From an uncultured Gammaproteobacteria bacterium (lineage in GTDB: Bacteria; Patescibacteriota; Patescibacteriia; UBA10025; JAHIVO01): DNA of 64,000 nt. The translations under genes were made by a program, and so were the position numbers. Positions 53,575 through 62,636 of this stretch are shown here, in pieces. A model generated the notes under the pieces. That model saw only the letters and a program-made list of their open reading frames with translations. It was not told the origin of the DNA and made no database searches. Positions within the stretch are counted from its first letter, which is position 1; the number at the start of each line of letters is the position of its first letter. The stretch lies in contig CAZVMV010000005.1 of the NCBI GenBank assembly GCA_964628855.1, forward strand, positions 3,228 through 67,227. The letters run 5' to 3'.

Positions 53575-53745
53575 ATATTCACCTCCTCGTGAACAATTTG
53601 GGAAAGAATATTACACTATACTCTCATATAAAATTATGTCAATATTAAAAACGATGTATTATGCCGCCCCCTTGAATGCCTATTAAAATTTAATAATAAA
53701 AACAGGCCAGTTGCCTAGCCTGTCGAATCCTCCATAAGGAACGTA

Positions 53746-53976
53746 TTATTTGTTTTTCATCATTCTTAACAGTGACTGCCGCAAAAAAGCAGCTGCGGCT
53801 TCCTCACTTGCAAATGTGCTGTGAGTCTGGTAATAAGAACGATACGTATGCCCGGTACCTGAGGTAGCCCAGGCCATATATTTCCCCTGTTCGTCGGGGC
53901 CCTCCGTAGTGATGTCTATCCCGCTTAAATTCTGCGGAAGTTCGCCAGCAGACTTGCACTCGATTAGTTTGACCAA
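53746..53976 (-). CDS. Hypothetical soluble miniprotein (76 aa)
   Basis: It has a TTG start with the RBS AAGGAGG 6 nt upstream. The downstream terminator has stem ACAGGC/GCCTGT at 53702-53723 with a T-run on the minus strand. Confidence 0.5.
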   Translation of the reverse strand: MVKLIECKSAGELPQNLSGIDITTEGPDEQGKYMAWATSGTGHTYRSYYQTHSTFASEEAAAAFLRQSLLRMMKNK

Positions 53977-54094
53977 TGCGGTCCTCCTTGAACTATTAAA
54001 TGTTCAATCCTTTTCGGATAAATTGTAGCGTAGTTGCATCTAGGAATCAAATAAAAAAGCCCCTGAAATAGGAGCCCTTTTGTCTCATCTGATA

Positions 54095-54379
54095 CTAGGC
54101 TAGAATCGCCACGATGATCATTATCAGACCAATGATACCCAGCCATACCGCATAGGTGGCATTACGCATGAAACCCTGTTGCGAGTCGGTATAATGGTTA
54201 AACCAGGTTTGGTTTTTCCATCTAGCATTTGCCACGCGTGTGCAGTATGTCCAAATAGCCTTGAATCTTTTCTGGCGTTTATTTTCCAGTATAAATGATC
54301 TATGCGCAACAATAATCTGGCGAACTGAACAGATGAGGAGCAGAAAACCGATAAAGATCAGTGCGGTTTTGAAATTCAT
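54095..54379 (-). CDS. Hypothetical small two-TM protein
   Basis: The RBS GAGGTG is upstream. Confidence 0.5.
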   Translation of the reverse strand: MNFKTALIFIGFLLLICSVRQIIVAHRSFILENKRQKRFKAIWTYCTRVANARWKNQTWFNHYTDSQQGFMRNATYAVWLGIIGLIMIIVAILA

Positions 54380-54455
54380 GCATCACCTCATGAGGGTAGG
54401 TTTCAGTAATTTGGAAGCGTATCAAAATATATTTAAACAGTCAAGGTTAATGTCG

Positions 54456-54704
54456 CTATTTCACCTTTTCAACCTCGATAGTACAATTCGTTACAAGTGC
54501 TGCAACAGCGCCAAGGGCAGCCAGTACAGGCAATAAAATCACGCCAACGGCAGTGGCAGTCATGGGCAATTCGAACAGGATCTCCCCTTTTTCGTTTTTT
54601 ATAGTGATCTTTCGGATGTTGGCCTCATGGACCAGTTTTTTCACAGTCTCAACGAGCTGTTGGCCAGAAACCTTAATCTCCTCTTTGAATGTTTGGTCAG
54701 TCAT
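54456..54704 (-). CDS. DUF4342-like small protein
   Basis: The pattern VSGQQLVETVKKLVHEANIRKITIKNEKGEILFELPMTATAVGVILLPVLAALGAVAALVTNCTIEV matches the remembered DUF4342 layout. Confidence 0.5.
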   Translation of the reverse strand: MTDQTFKEEIKVSGQQLVETVKKLVHEANIRKITIKNEKGEILFELPMTATAVGVILLPVLAALGAVAALVTNCTIEVEKVK

Positions 54705-54800
54705 ACGTTTAAGTTAATGATAGTAATATGATTATAAGCTATTTTATAAATATAAAAAAGCCGTGTGAACGGCTTTTGATACTACGCTGCTATTCCCTGA

Positions 54801-54989
54801 TCAGATAGCTCGACAGTTGATGCATAGCATCCCATTATTGCCTCTGCATTTTTTACATGCTTTTGAGTTGGGTATGTTGTCACATTTGCTCGGCCTGCCG
54901 GGGAATTTTTGATGATGGCCTTTGCGGTGCGGGATGTTGAAAGAGCTAATCGGATTCGAAGATTTATCAGAATTACGCCCGTTACTCAT
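54801..54989 (-). CDS. Hypothetical basic zinc-ribbon-like miniprotein (62 aa)
   Basis: The RBS GGAGG lies 5 nt before the ATG. It contains CKKC...CINC. The downstream terminator has stem AAGCCGT/ACGGCTT near 54755-54780 with T6 on the minus strand. Confidence 0.5.
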   Translation of the reverse strand: MSNGRNSDKSSNPISSFNIPHRKGHHQKFPGRPSKCDNIPNSKACKKCRGNNGMLCINCRAI

Positions 54990-55149
54990 GAAATCCTCCG
55001 ATTTTTATATATTTTATTTTGGCTAATGTTAGCAAAATTAATTAATATATCTTGAAAAATGGCCGTAAATACTAGCTTATTTTAACCTATTTGCTATACT
55101 AGTACCAGGTAGATCTAAATAATAAGCTAATTAACAAAGGAATACTACC

Positions 55150-55431
55150 ATGGCAAAGATGAGCAAAGCTCAGTTGATCAGCAATCTCGCCGAGAAGTCC
55201 GGCCATCCGAAAAAGGATATCGCCGGTTTACTCGACCTCCTCACCGAAATGGCCTATAAGGAGGTTAAGTCCAGCGGTGAATTCACCCTGCCGGGATTCG
55301 GCAAGTTGGTGAAGAAGCAGCGGGCAGCCCGCCAGGGCCGCAACCCAGCCACGGGTGCCACCATCCAGATCCCTGCTAAGACGGTGGTCAAATTCCGTGT
55401 CGCGAAAGCCGCTAAGGAAGCGATTCTCTAA
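55150..55431 (+). CDS. hup: HU/IHF-family DNA-binding protein
   Basis: Motifs SKAQLISNLAEK and GFGKLVKKQRAARQGRNPATGATIQIPAKTVVKFR are present. Confidence 0.9.
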   Translation: MAKMSKAQLISNLAEKSGHPKKDIAGLLDLLTEMAYKEVKSSGEFTLPGFGKLVKKQRAARQGRNPATGATIQIPAKTVVKFRVAKAAKEAIL

Positions 55432-55451
55432 ATTAGCTTCATTACACAAAA

Positions 55452-55480
55452 AGCCCCGTTTCACTTCGGGGTTTTTTGTT
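55452..55480 (+). terminator. Rho-independent terminator after hup
   Basis: Stem AGCCCCG/CGGGGTT is followed by a T6 run. Confidence 0.75.
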
Positions 55481-55549
55481 TTGACGTGTAATAATAGATA
55501 GTTTATACTTTAACTGAAAATAAAAAATGCTCACTTAAGGAGGTGTCGA

Positions 55550-55702
55550 ATGTCCTGTGAGCGCGCTTTTGAGATTTTGCGGAGTCCCCTTTCACTTGAT
55601 ACGGACAAACAAGAAGCCATGGATCATCTAAGAATCTGCCGTGATGACAAATGCAGAACCGCCTATGACTGGATTTCCCGAGGCTATACAGATGAACCGT
55701 GA
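55550..55702 (+). CDS. Hypothetical 50-aa Cys/His miniprotein (not in ORF track)
   Basis: The RBS AAGGAGG lies 6 nt before the ATG at 55550. Hand translation gives MSCERAFEILRSPLSLDTDKQEAMDHLRICRDDKCRTAYDWISRGYTDEP. A terminator follows. Confidence 0.5.
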   Translation: MSCERAFEILRSPLSLDTDKQEAMDHLRICRDDKCRTAYDWISRGYTDEP

Positions 55703-55723
55703 GGATCACGTTAAATGACCCCT

Positions 55724-55756
55724 ATGCCCGCGAAGTTATCAAGCGGGCATTTTTTT
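55724..55756 (+). terminator. Rho-independent terminator
   Basis: Stem ATGCCCGC/GCGGGCAT is followed by T6. It overlaps the stop of the convergent nuclease gene. Confidence 0.7.
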
Positions 55757-56429
55757 ATCCACGTTTTACATATTTTTTCATTTCCCTGTGCCAGCCGCAG
55801 AAAGGACAGCCTTTTGAGGCGGGCGGCATTTTGCCTTCCAATATTTTGATGGCTTTCAAGAATTCAGTTAAGGCGTTTTGTGGATTGGTTTTTAACGTCT
55901 TAACGGTAATTTCCATGGGAAAACCCTGGTGCAGCTCTCTCCCCATGGCTGGATAAAAATATATCAGATGCCCGATACCGGATGATTTGCGACGGTTTTT
56001 TTCCAATAAAAGCGCATATGTGTCTAATTGTACCTGATAGGCCGGTATCATTTCGTGCTGATTTGGGTCGGAGCTGGAAGTCTTGTGGTCAACCGGCGTG
56101 TAGGTGCCTTGCGGGGTGATTATGCATTCATCCAATTTGCCCATCAAGCCGTAATTCTCGTTGTAATGGTAGAAATACGCTTCAGTAAAAGGATTTTGGA
56201 GTTTACCGTTCACTTGGCCTGAAATCATGGGCGGCAGTTCCCCCGTCGTCCGGTACAGGTCAAAATATTGCTTTATAACCCCGTCAAACCTGTTGGCCAG
56301 TCGTGAGACGATGCCTTCGGGCTGGCGCAGGCCTTTATTGTACTGCAGCCAAAAACAGCGGGGACATCGTTTGGAATTCTCAATGGCCGTCGGCGACATC
56401 CATTTTTTCTTTTTTACGATTTTTTCCAT
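55755..56429 (-). CDS. PD-(D/E)XK nuclease-family protein with four Cys (Cas4/RecB-like fold)
   Basis: The N-terminal motif is CPRC and the core is GKLDECI...PVDHKTS...YQVQLDTYALLL. The C-terminal motif is CPFCGW. Confidence 0.65.
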   Translation of the reverse strand: MEKIVKKKKWMSPTAIENSKRCPRCFWLQYNKGLRQPEGIVSRLANRFDGVIKQYFDLYRTTGELPPMISGQVNGKLQNPFTEAYFYHYNENYGLMGKLDECIITPQGTYTPVDHKTSSSDPNQHEMIPAYQVQLDTYALLLEKNRRKSSGIGHLIYFYPAMGRELHQGFPMEITVKTLKTNPQNALTEFLKAIKILEGKMPPASKGCPFCGWHREMKKYVKRG

Positions 56430-56432
56430 AGG

Positions 56433-57350
56433 TTAACGATAGTATACCATTTCAAAGTAACTCGTGACAGGTACTGACATGTTGTTGGCAAGAAGTCCAG
56501 AATTGGTATTGGCCAGAATCACAGATTTAACGGAACCGAAATTTTTCATCAATTCAAAAAGAAGCGAGATTGATGCGGGCGAATCGACATAGTCATTGAA
56601 CGCCGTACCAAACGACATGATGCCAGAACTGTCCAGGCCAGTAAGCAGCTTGGCGGTAATTTTGTCGTGTGCGGCCGCTTCCTCGGCGGAAAGATAATGC
56701 GAGAAATCAACCGATGCAATTACTGCAGAATTTTGCGGTAAAATTTCCCCAAGTCCCAAAGCAAGACTGGAGATTTGAGCGGTCGACGTTTCGGCCTTGA
56801 GGATTAGAGGAATTATTCTGGCATTTGGCATGAATTGTGCGATGACAGGCATAATGCCCGTGACTGAATGGTCGCCCTGTATGACAGTCGGGTCGGATTG
56901 GACGCCGTATTTATCCAGCAGTGATCTGATTATTGAACTGTTTTGTTTGATAAGCCCCTTCGGCGTTGACCATGCTATATCTGCCGTAAGGATATTTACA
57001 GCTCCGCGTTCGTAGTGGTTTGGTCCAATGATCACTATCGTTGAGACATTTTGCCTTGCCAGGTGCTGGATAACGTCAAAGGCATATTCCAGATGCTGGA
57101 TGTCATGAGGGACTATGCTGCCGTAAATTTTTTCTGTCGGCCATGACGCGGTCGCGGCCTGACTGGCCAGTCTCTGGCCGTTTAGCCAATTTGATTGGTC
57201 ATAATAGATGACTGGGAGCTTTTCTGGCGGTTGGATCTGCTTATTTCCGGATTTTTCCTGGCCAGCCAGGCGTGCCGCTACCGCGGCACCGGCGCCGATC
57301 AGGGCGCCGGCTACCGCAAACGTAATGATTACTTTGCCGAGAGTGTTCAT
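56433..57350 (-). CDS. Memo-family (AmmeMemoRadiSam protein B-like) protein with N-terminal TM anchor
   Basis: The TM helix is VIITFAVAGALIGAGAAVAA. Motifs GSIVPHD, VIIGPNHYERG and SVDFSHYLS are present. It forms an ATGA overlap with the upstream giant gene. Confidence 0.6.
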   Translation of the reverse strand: MNTLGKVIITFAVAGALIGAGAAVAARLAGQEKSGNKQIQPPEKLPVIYYDQSNWLNGQRLASQAATASWPTEKIYGSIVPHDIQHLEYAFDVIQHLARQNVSTIVIIGPNHYERGAVNILTADIAWSTPKGLIKQNSSIIRSLLDKYGVQSDPTVIQGDHSVTGIMPVIAQFMPNARIIPLILKAETSTAQISSLALGLGEILPQNSAVIASVDFSHYLSAEEAAAHDKITAKLLTGLDSSGIMSFGTAFNDYVDSPASISLLFELMKNFGSVKSVILANTNSGLLANNMSVPVTSYFEMVYYR

Positions 57351-60300
57351 TTAATAGTAACTGACTCTGATTGGCCAAAAGCCTTGCTTGTAGGCACTTT
57401 GAAACCCCTGATCAGTGTCGGCTCTGCAGTGAAGGAGCCTTTGCTGATAACTGTGGCATAATAATGCATTTCTCTGGCCGGTTTGCCGCTCCAGAATTTT
57501 ATGGCCTGACCGTTGATTTCATATGGATATGCCAAGTTTGGGTCGTAATTGATAAGCCGGTTGTAAGCGTAGGACAGGACTTTCAATCCAGCTGGCAGGT
57601 AATCAACAATCTGGTACTCATTGTCGATGGCTTTTGAGTTTATGGATGGTTCAAGAACGATTTTAACCAAATCGTTTTCTTTCAATGTGCTAGTCGCTTT
57701 GCCGTCAACGTAGAACGTACGTTTGATAGAGAGGCTGCTGTCTGTTTTTTCCGCCTTTATGTCCAGCGGCACGTCGTTTGTTTGGATCACGCCAACATTA
57801 CCCGTGATATTGGAGAATGTCAGGCCTGATAACTGACTTGGCGTCACTGACAATGATTCTGTCTCATCACCTGATAGTGAAACATTTTTTGCCTGCCCAT
57901 CCAATGTGTAAGTGAATTTAACTGCTTCCCCAGAGAGTAATGGCAAAACCTTCTGTAGGTAGCCGATCTGTTCAAGGCTATTCAGTTGGTCCACAGCCGG
58001 ATGGTCCACCGCATAGGCGAACATTTTCGTCGCTTCTGGAGCAGAGACGTTGGCGGCAATTATTGCGGCTTGGTAGGTGTTTTCGGTGTAATCGTCATTT
58101 GTCTCACCTAGTTTGAGCCGGAAATAAGGTTCCTGGACTTCTCCGTATTTTTTTACGACATCGGCCAGCAATGATCGGGCATACTCCCCTGCTCCGAGGT
58201 TGGCCAGACCATTAGCCAGGTAAAGTTTCAGGTTATCCGGGACATCATTATTATCCATCAGGCTGAGGATATCGTTAAGAACTGGCTCGCCCATATTGGC
58301 TTCACCGTACAATGCATAAACAATCTCATCTAGATTGCTGTTCTTATTTTTCAGTGTTGTTTCAAAATACCCCCTGGCATCATTTTTATCGAAGATATCT
58401 GGAGCGACTGCCATCGTTTTGGCGGTCAGGAGTAATTCTGCAGACGAATATGGCAGGATACTGAGCCCGCCCTCAGGTGTCTGGTAGTCAGTAAAACTTA
58501 TTTCCTCTCCCATTCCTTTTTGGCCAAAGTAAGTGTTGAGTAGTTTTTGGGATATGACCCGAGCCAGCTTCTGGTCAATCCGGTCCCCGTACGCATATTT
58601 CAACTGCGACAAGTCATTCAGGTATTGCCCACGTTCTTTATTTGTGAACAAAAGTGAAGTACGGCTGGCGCCATCTGCCGTCAGTTTCAGATCATTTGTC
58701 ACGGCCAGGTATTTTATGTCTTGCTTGGTCAAATGCGTGGGCGTGATAGTGATTGTTTTCGTCAGCGTATCTGTATGTCCTGCCGCCGAAGCCTTGACCG
58801 TGATTTTGTGCTGTCCGGCTTCAAATTTCGGCAGCGCTACGTCAGCGGCAACGAAAGCTTTGGCGGTATACTTTTCTGTTTTATTTATGTCGGGGTATGT
58901 TACTTCAAACGAAACCGTGTCTGTGGCGGACAAAGCCTGGCCAAAACCCCGTAACTTAATAATGGGCTGGTCAGTGGTTAAATATTCGCTAGCAACCGCC
59001 ACGTCAGCGAAGAATGGGAGCGTTGCCACTACCGCTGTCCTTGTGCCGCCAGCTGAGAGATCCTCAGTAATTGCCTGGACAGTAGTTTGCCAGCTGGTGA
59101 CATTGTCCGGGAGTTTGAATGATATACTGGCTTTGCCGTCGCGGCCGGTTTCTGTACTGCCGAAATACGCCACGTCCTGGAAATTTTGCCTTCCACCACC
59201 TTTTTCGTTATGCACATAGAGTCCAGAAGCGATAAACGTATGGGCTGGATCAGTGGTTAGGTTATATACGTCAGTATATCGGTGATGCCTGACAATGGAA
59301 GTGATTAGCACGGATTGCCCGTTGGCATCAGTAAGGAAATCGCCGACGTGGGCATTACCGGCAATTTCCCATTTACCGTTAATGAGGATGACATGTACCG
59401 GAGTCACATTTAAACGTTCGTTTATAGACAAATATTCAGCCACTGTGTGCTTGATCGTATTAGTGACTTTTGCCGTGGTCATGTTCAGGTTATTTTCATT
59501 TTCAAAAGTCCTGATCTGATCTCCGATTTCCACACTGTCGATTCGTTTTTCTGTTCCATCCGCTAGACTAATCATTGTTTCTCCAGTGAAACAACCGCCA
59601 CGTTCGGCCATCGGTGAAACATTTTCCTTATGGGAACTATATGACATGGTTACTGATGACGGCAATTGCTGGTACAGGGCACCCAGAGTGTTCAAGCTGG
59701 TTTCCCATTGGATAGCTGCCAGAGCCTGGTCTATCAGGGATACGTTGACTGCGGCTTTGACCGGTTTGCTGTCAGGGTCAGTTACCGATAAATCCAGCTT
59801 AACTTTATCGCCAGGCGCATAGGCAGCTTTATCTTGGGTTACGTCGACAGTAAGTTTTTTTGGATCTGTTTTCATGACAATATTAGCGGTAGCTTGGCGA
59901 TATGATCGGCCATTGAAATATATTGCGTAAACGTAAACATTCGGTGCGTATGCTTCCTTGAATGGGAAAGATATTTCTGGATTAGCCCCGGCATTAATGT
60001 CGCTGATGCCGTTATGTTCCTTGAAAAACAGGAAGTCGTTGTTGCCTGTAGACGTGACGGTGACGTCATCTTTTTTTAGGGTTGCAACCACGTTTTCGCC
60101 CGGCGCATACACGTTTTGCACAGTTTCATTCTCGTGGTTCGTAGACAGGTAGTAGTAATCATAGGAGCTTCCCGGTATGCCATAGCTTGAGCCATAAGAG
60201 GATGATTCTACCGCATGCCCATTTGAGTCAGTCGTTGAGGCAATGACTTTGTACCATTTTTTTGGCTGGGTTGTGTAATTGTACGAAAAACTTCCGTCCG

Positions 60301-62626
60301 AACCGGAGTTGACGTCCGTTTCGGCAATTGATTTCTCACGGTACTCGTAACGGTAAGAAGTGATTGTTTTTTTGTTTATAAAATCGTAGGTCGTACCATT
60401 TTCGATTTTGTCGTAATACTGCTCATAAACATTCAGGTGGACTTTTGCGTTTGCTACTGGTTTGCCCAGGTAGTCCCATTTTATGTCATTTCCCGGCGCA
60501 TTCAGGTTAGTTAAGTCGACGGCATTTACTTTTCCGTTGACTTTACCTGGCTCGTTCTGCTCAAGGGTAATCGCTGAACGTGAATTAAACTGATAAATAT
60601 TGGCCGTACTTTCGATATATGTAAGTTCGGCCTGGACAGGATGGACAGTGATATAGGACGAAGAATATTGCTGTGTTTGGTACTGTTCATAGGGCCGATC
60701 AAATGATAGTCGTGCCGCACCGGTGGAATCGGTGGTTACGGTCCCCTCCCCGAATTGCCCCGTATACTGCAATTGGAGGTTGCTAACCGGCGTTCCGTCA
60801 AAGAATTTGGCCGTAACATCAAAAACAGCTTTTTCGCCTGAGAAGATGGCTTTTTTCGGCATGGAAATATCGATGCCGTAGGAAGGTTTGGTATAGGTCT
60901 GGATATCGACATACCCGACAGAAATTTGCTGGTCACCTGCCATCACCCGGACCTGGTAAGATCCTGGGTTGAGGTTTTGGTATTTAATAGTCCCCTCAAA
61001 AGTACCGTAGTCGCTGATAGCGGCTTTTGAAGTTCCGACCACATTTTCTTGCGATGTTTCGTTGCTATAGGTGAATGAAATTAAGTTTACTGTGACCTCT
61101 GGCAGTTTTTGGCCAGCCCTGGATTTTGCGATTCCCCAAAATTTTATGCTATCAGTGGGCAGGTATAAGGAACGGTTGGTGTATAGGTATGACCAGTAGT
61201 CCGGATTTGTAGCAGCTGGGCCGCTTGGATAGGCCATGTATTCATAATTGTTCATTTGGGCTGGCACAAGCAGCTTGTCATTACCGCTGGATATTATGAA
61301 ATGGTAGGTGCGGTCTGACTGATCGGAGTATTGACTTGTCGTAAGAGCATGGAGTTCTTCCGGAGTTTCCCAGGCGCCCACTCCCTGATCATTGGTGGAA
61401 GCGACTTTACTGTCATCTTTTGAATATGTGATTGTCGCATTTTTTTCCGGAAGTTTCGTGGTCAGTCGGTGAACCCATATCAGTGAGTTGGTTTTACTTA
61501 TTTGCAAAGTACTGACCAAATCACTGACTTGAACGAACGCCTGGGTTTTACCGTTGGCATAGGATATTTCTACCAGGTATTGACCGGCTCGGAGATTGTC
61601 CGGGAATTCGATATACCGGAAATAATCGCCAGACTTCAGGTCAGCGCTAAAGCTCACCTCCTTTGTTAATGAATTTGTTGGGTACGTATAGGAATTACCA
61701 AAATCATAAGCCCATAAAGGGACGCTTACTTCGCGAGTTTTGACTGCATCATTGAATGTATTGAAGTTAGGGAATGACCATACGTCAACTGTTACTTTTG
61801 ACAAATTAGTATTGTATTCGTACATGGTCATGACCGGGTTCTCCTCCGGTGAGAATTCGAAAAATTTACTGTCAAATGACATGTATCCCTGGTTGCTAGC
61901 CGCGTTTACCGTGGCAAATTGGAATGAATAATCGTCCGCCAGAACATCGGTACTGTCCTTAACCCCTAATCCTTTTTTTATAGTAACAGTATAAACCGTG
62001 TTTTCTGTCAGGCTTTTCGGGACGTATACCAGTGTTTTTCTGTGTCGCTCAAAGGTGCCATCAGTACGCGGTGAAATGGAAAAAAATTGTTCCGGGCTAT
62101 CGTAATTTTCAGTTGAAAACGTGACCTCAATGCCAGTATTGGTAGGGATTGATGTGGTTTTGTCGCGAGGCAAGGTGCCAGTAATTTTGAAACTGTCCTT
62201 GATCTGGTAGGCCCATTGGTATTCGCGTTTATTGCTAGTCGCAGTACTAGCGGCTGTTAACGAAAAAGCATAGACCTCGTTTGCCTCTAGCGGCTGGGCT
62301 GGGCTGATAGTAAAAGTATTGTTATCTGATGATTCGATTTTGTACGCAATTTCGGGAGAAACGCTCAGAGCCGCTTCTACGGTTTTTGTTTCAACCGGCC
62401 TGGTGCTGGACAATATAAATGAGGTGTCTGGTAAAGTTCCTAACGAATCCTGTTTGGTCGCTTTCAGTGTAAATTGGTTATCTTCGGTACCTAGGATCAC
62501 TTCAGTTTTTTTAGCGTTTGTGTTTGATGTTTGGCCTTGGTCATGGGAAATAAAATACCAGGTTACACCCCCGGCCGCCAGCAGTGCGACGATTAGGCCG
62601 CTTATAAGCCAGACATTTTTTTTCAT
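57347..62626 (-). CDS. Giant membrane-anchored alpha-2-macroglobulin-like protein (thioester-less) with internal Hint domain
   Basis: It is 1759 aa with an N-terminal TM helix and beta-rich MG-like repeats. The A2M signature is RQNFQDVAYFGSTETGRDGKASISFKLPDNVTSWQTTVQAI. The thioester-site equivalent reads LPYSSAEL. Confidence 0.8.
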   Translation of the reverse strand: MKKNVWLISGLIVALLAAGGVTWYFISHDQGQTSNTNAKKTEVILGTEDNQFTLKATKQDSLGTLPDTSFILSSTRPVETKTVEAALSVSPEIAYKIESSDNNTFTISPAQPLEANEVYAFSLTAASTATSNKREYQWAYQIKDSFKITGTLPRDKTTSIPTNTGIEVTFSTENYDSPEQFFSISPRTDGTFERHRKTLVYVPKSLTENTVYTVTIKKGLGVKDSTDVLADDYSFQFATVNAASNQGYMSFDSKFFEFSPEENPVMTMYEYNTNLSKVTVDVWSFPNFNTFNDAVKTREVSVPLWAYDFGNSYTYPTNSLTKEVSFSADLKSGDYFRYIEFPDNLRAGQYLVEISYANGKTQAFVQVSDLVSTLQISKTNSLIWVHRLTTKLPEKNATITYSKDDSKVASTNDQGVGAWETPEELHALTTSQYSDQSDRTYHFIISSGNDKLLVPAQMNNYEYMAYPSGPAATNPDYWSYLYTNRSLYLPTDSIKFWGIAKSRAGQKLPEVTVNLISFTYSNETSQENVVGTSKAAISDYGTFEGTIKYQNLNPGSYQVRVMAGDQQISVGYVDIQTYTKPSYGIDISMPKKAIFSGEKAVFDVTAKFFDGTPVSNLQLQYTGQFGEGTVTTDSTGAARLSFDRPYEQYQTQQYSSSYITVHPVQAELTYIESTANIYQFNSRSAITLEQNEPGKVNGKVNAVDLTNLNAPGNDIKWDYLGKPVANAKVHLNVYEQYYDKIENGTTYDFINKKTITSYRYEYREKSIAETDVNSGSDGSFSYNYTTQPKKWYKVIASTTDSNGHAVESSSYGSSYGIPGSSYDYYYLSTNHENETVQNVYAPGENVVATLKKDDVTVTSTGNNDFLFFKEHNGISDINAGANPEISFPFKEAYAPNVYVYAIYFNGRSYRQATANIVMKTDPKKLTVDVTQDKAAYAPGDKVKLDLSVTDPDSKPVKAAVNVSLIDQALAAIQWETSLNTLGALYQQLPSSVTMSYSSHKENVSPMAERGGCFTGETMISLADGTEKRIDSVEIGDQIRTFENENNLNMTTAKVTNTIKHTVAEYLSINERLNVTPVHVILINGKWEIAGNAHVGDFLTDANGQSVLITSIVRHHRYTDVYNLTTDPAHTFIASGLYVHNEKGGGRQNFQDVAYFGSTETGRDGKASISFKLPDNVTSWQTTVQAITEDLSAGGTRTAVVATLPFFADVAVASEYLTTDQPIIKLRGFGQALSATDTVSFEVTYPDINKTEKYTAKAFVAADVALPKFEAGQHKITVKASAAGHTDTLTKTITITPTHLTKQDIKYLAVTNDLKLTADGASRTSLLFTNKERGQYLNDLSQLKYAYGDRIDQKLARVISQKLLNTYFGQKGMGEEISFTDYQTPEGGLSILPYSSAELLLTAKTMAVAPDIFDKNDARGYFETTLKNKNSNLDEIVYALYGEANMGEPVLNDILSLMDNNDVPDNLKLYLANGLANLGAGEYARSLLADVVKKYGEVQEPYFRLKLGETNDDYTENTYQAAIIAANVSAPEATKMFAYAVDHPAVDQLNSLEQIGYLQKVLPLLSGEAVKFTYTLDGQAKNVSLSGDETESLSVTPSQLSGLTFSNITGNVGVIQTNDVPLDIKAEKTDSSLSIKRTFYVDGKATSTLKENDLVKIVLEPSINSKAIDNEYQIVDYLPAGLKVLSYAYNRLINYDPNLAYPYEINGQAIKFWSGKPAREMHYYATVISKGSFTAEPTLIRGFKVPTSKAFGQSESVTIK
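59207..59593 (-). mobile_element. Hint (mini-intein / bacterial intein-like) domain inserted in the A2M-like ORF
   Basis: It spans residues 1012-1140. Block A is CFTGETMISLADG, block B is NVTPVHV and blocks F/G are DVYNLTTDPAHTFIASGLYVHN. No endonuclease module is present, and the +1 residue is Glu. Confidence 0.7.
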
Positions 62627-62636
62627 AGTCGTAAGT

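Noticed and set aside
55503-55709. A 68-aa minus-strand ORF from the ORF track.
   Set aside because: It is antisense to a shorter plus-strand ORF (55550..55702) that has a consensus RBS and a terminator. No signals support the minus-strand frame.
59207-59593. Interpretation of the Hint insert as a canonical, splicing-competent class-1 intein.
   Set aside because: The +1 extein residue is Glu (GAA at 59206-59204), not Cys/Ser/Thr, so standard transesterification cannot occur. It is kept as a Hint/BIL-type domain instead.
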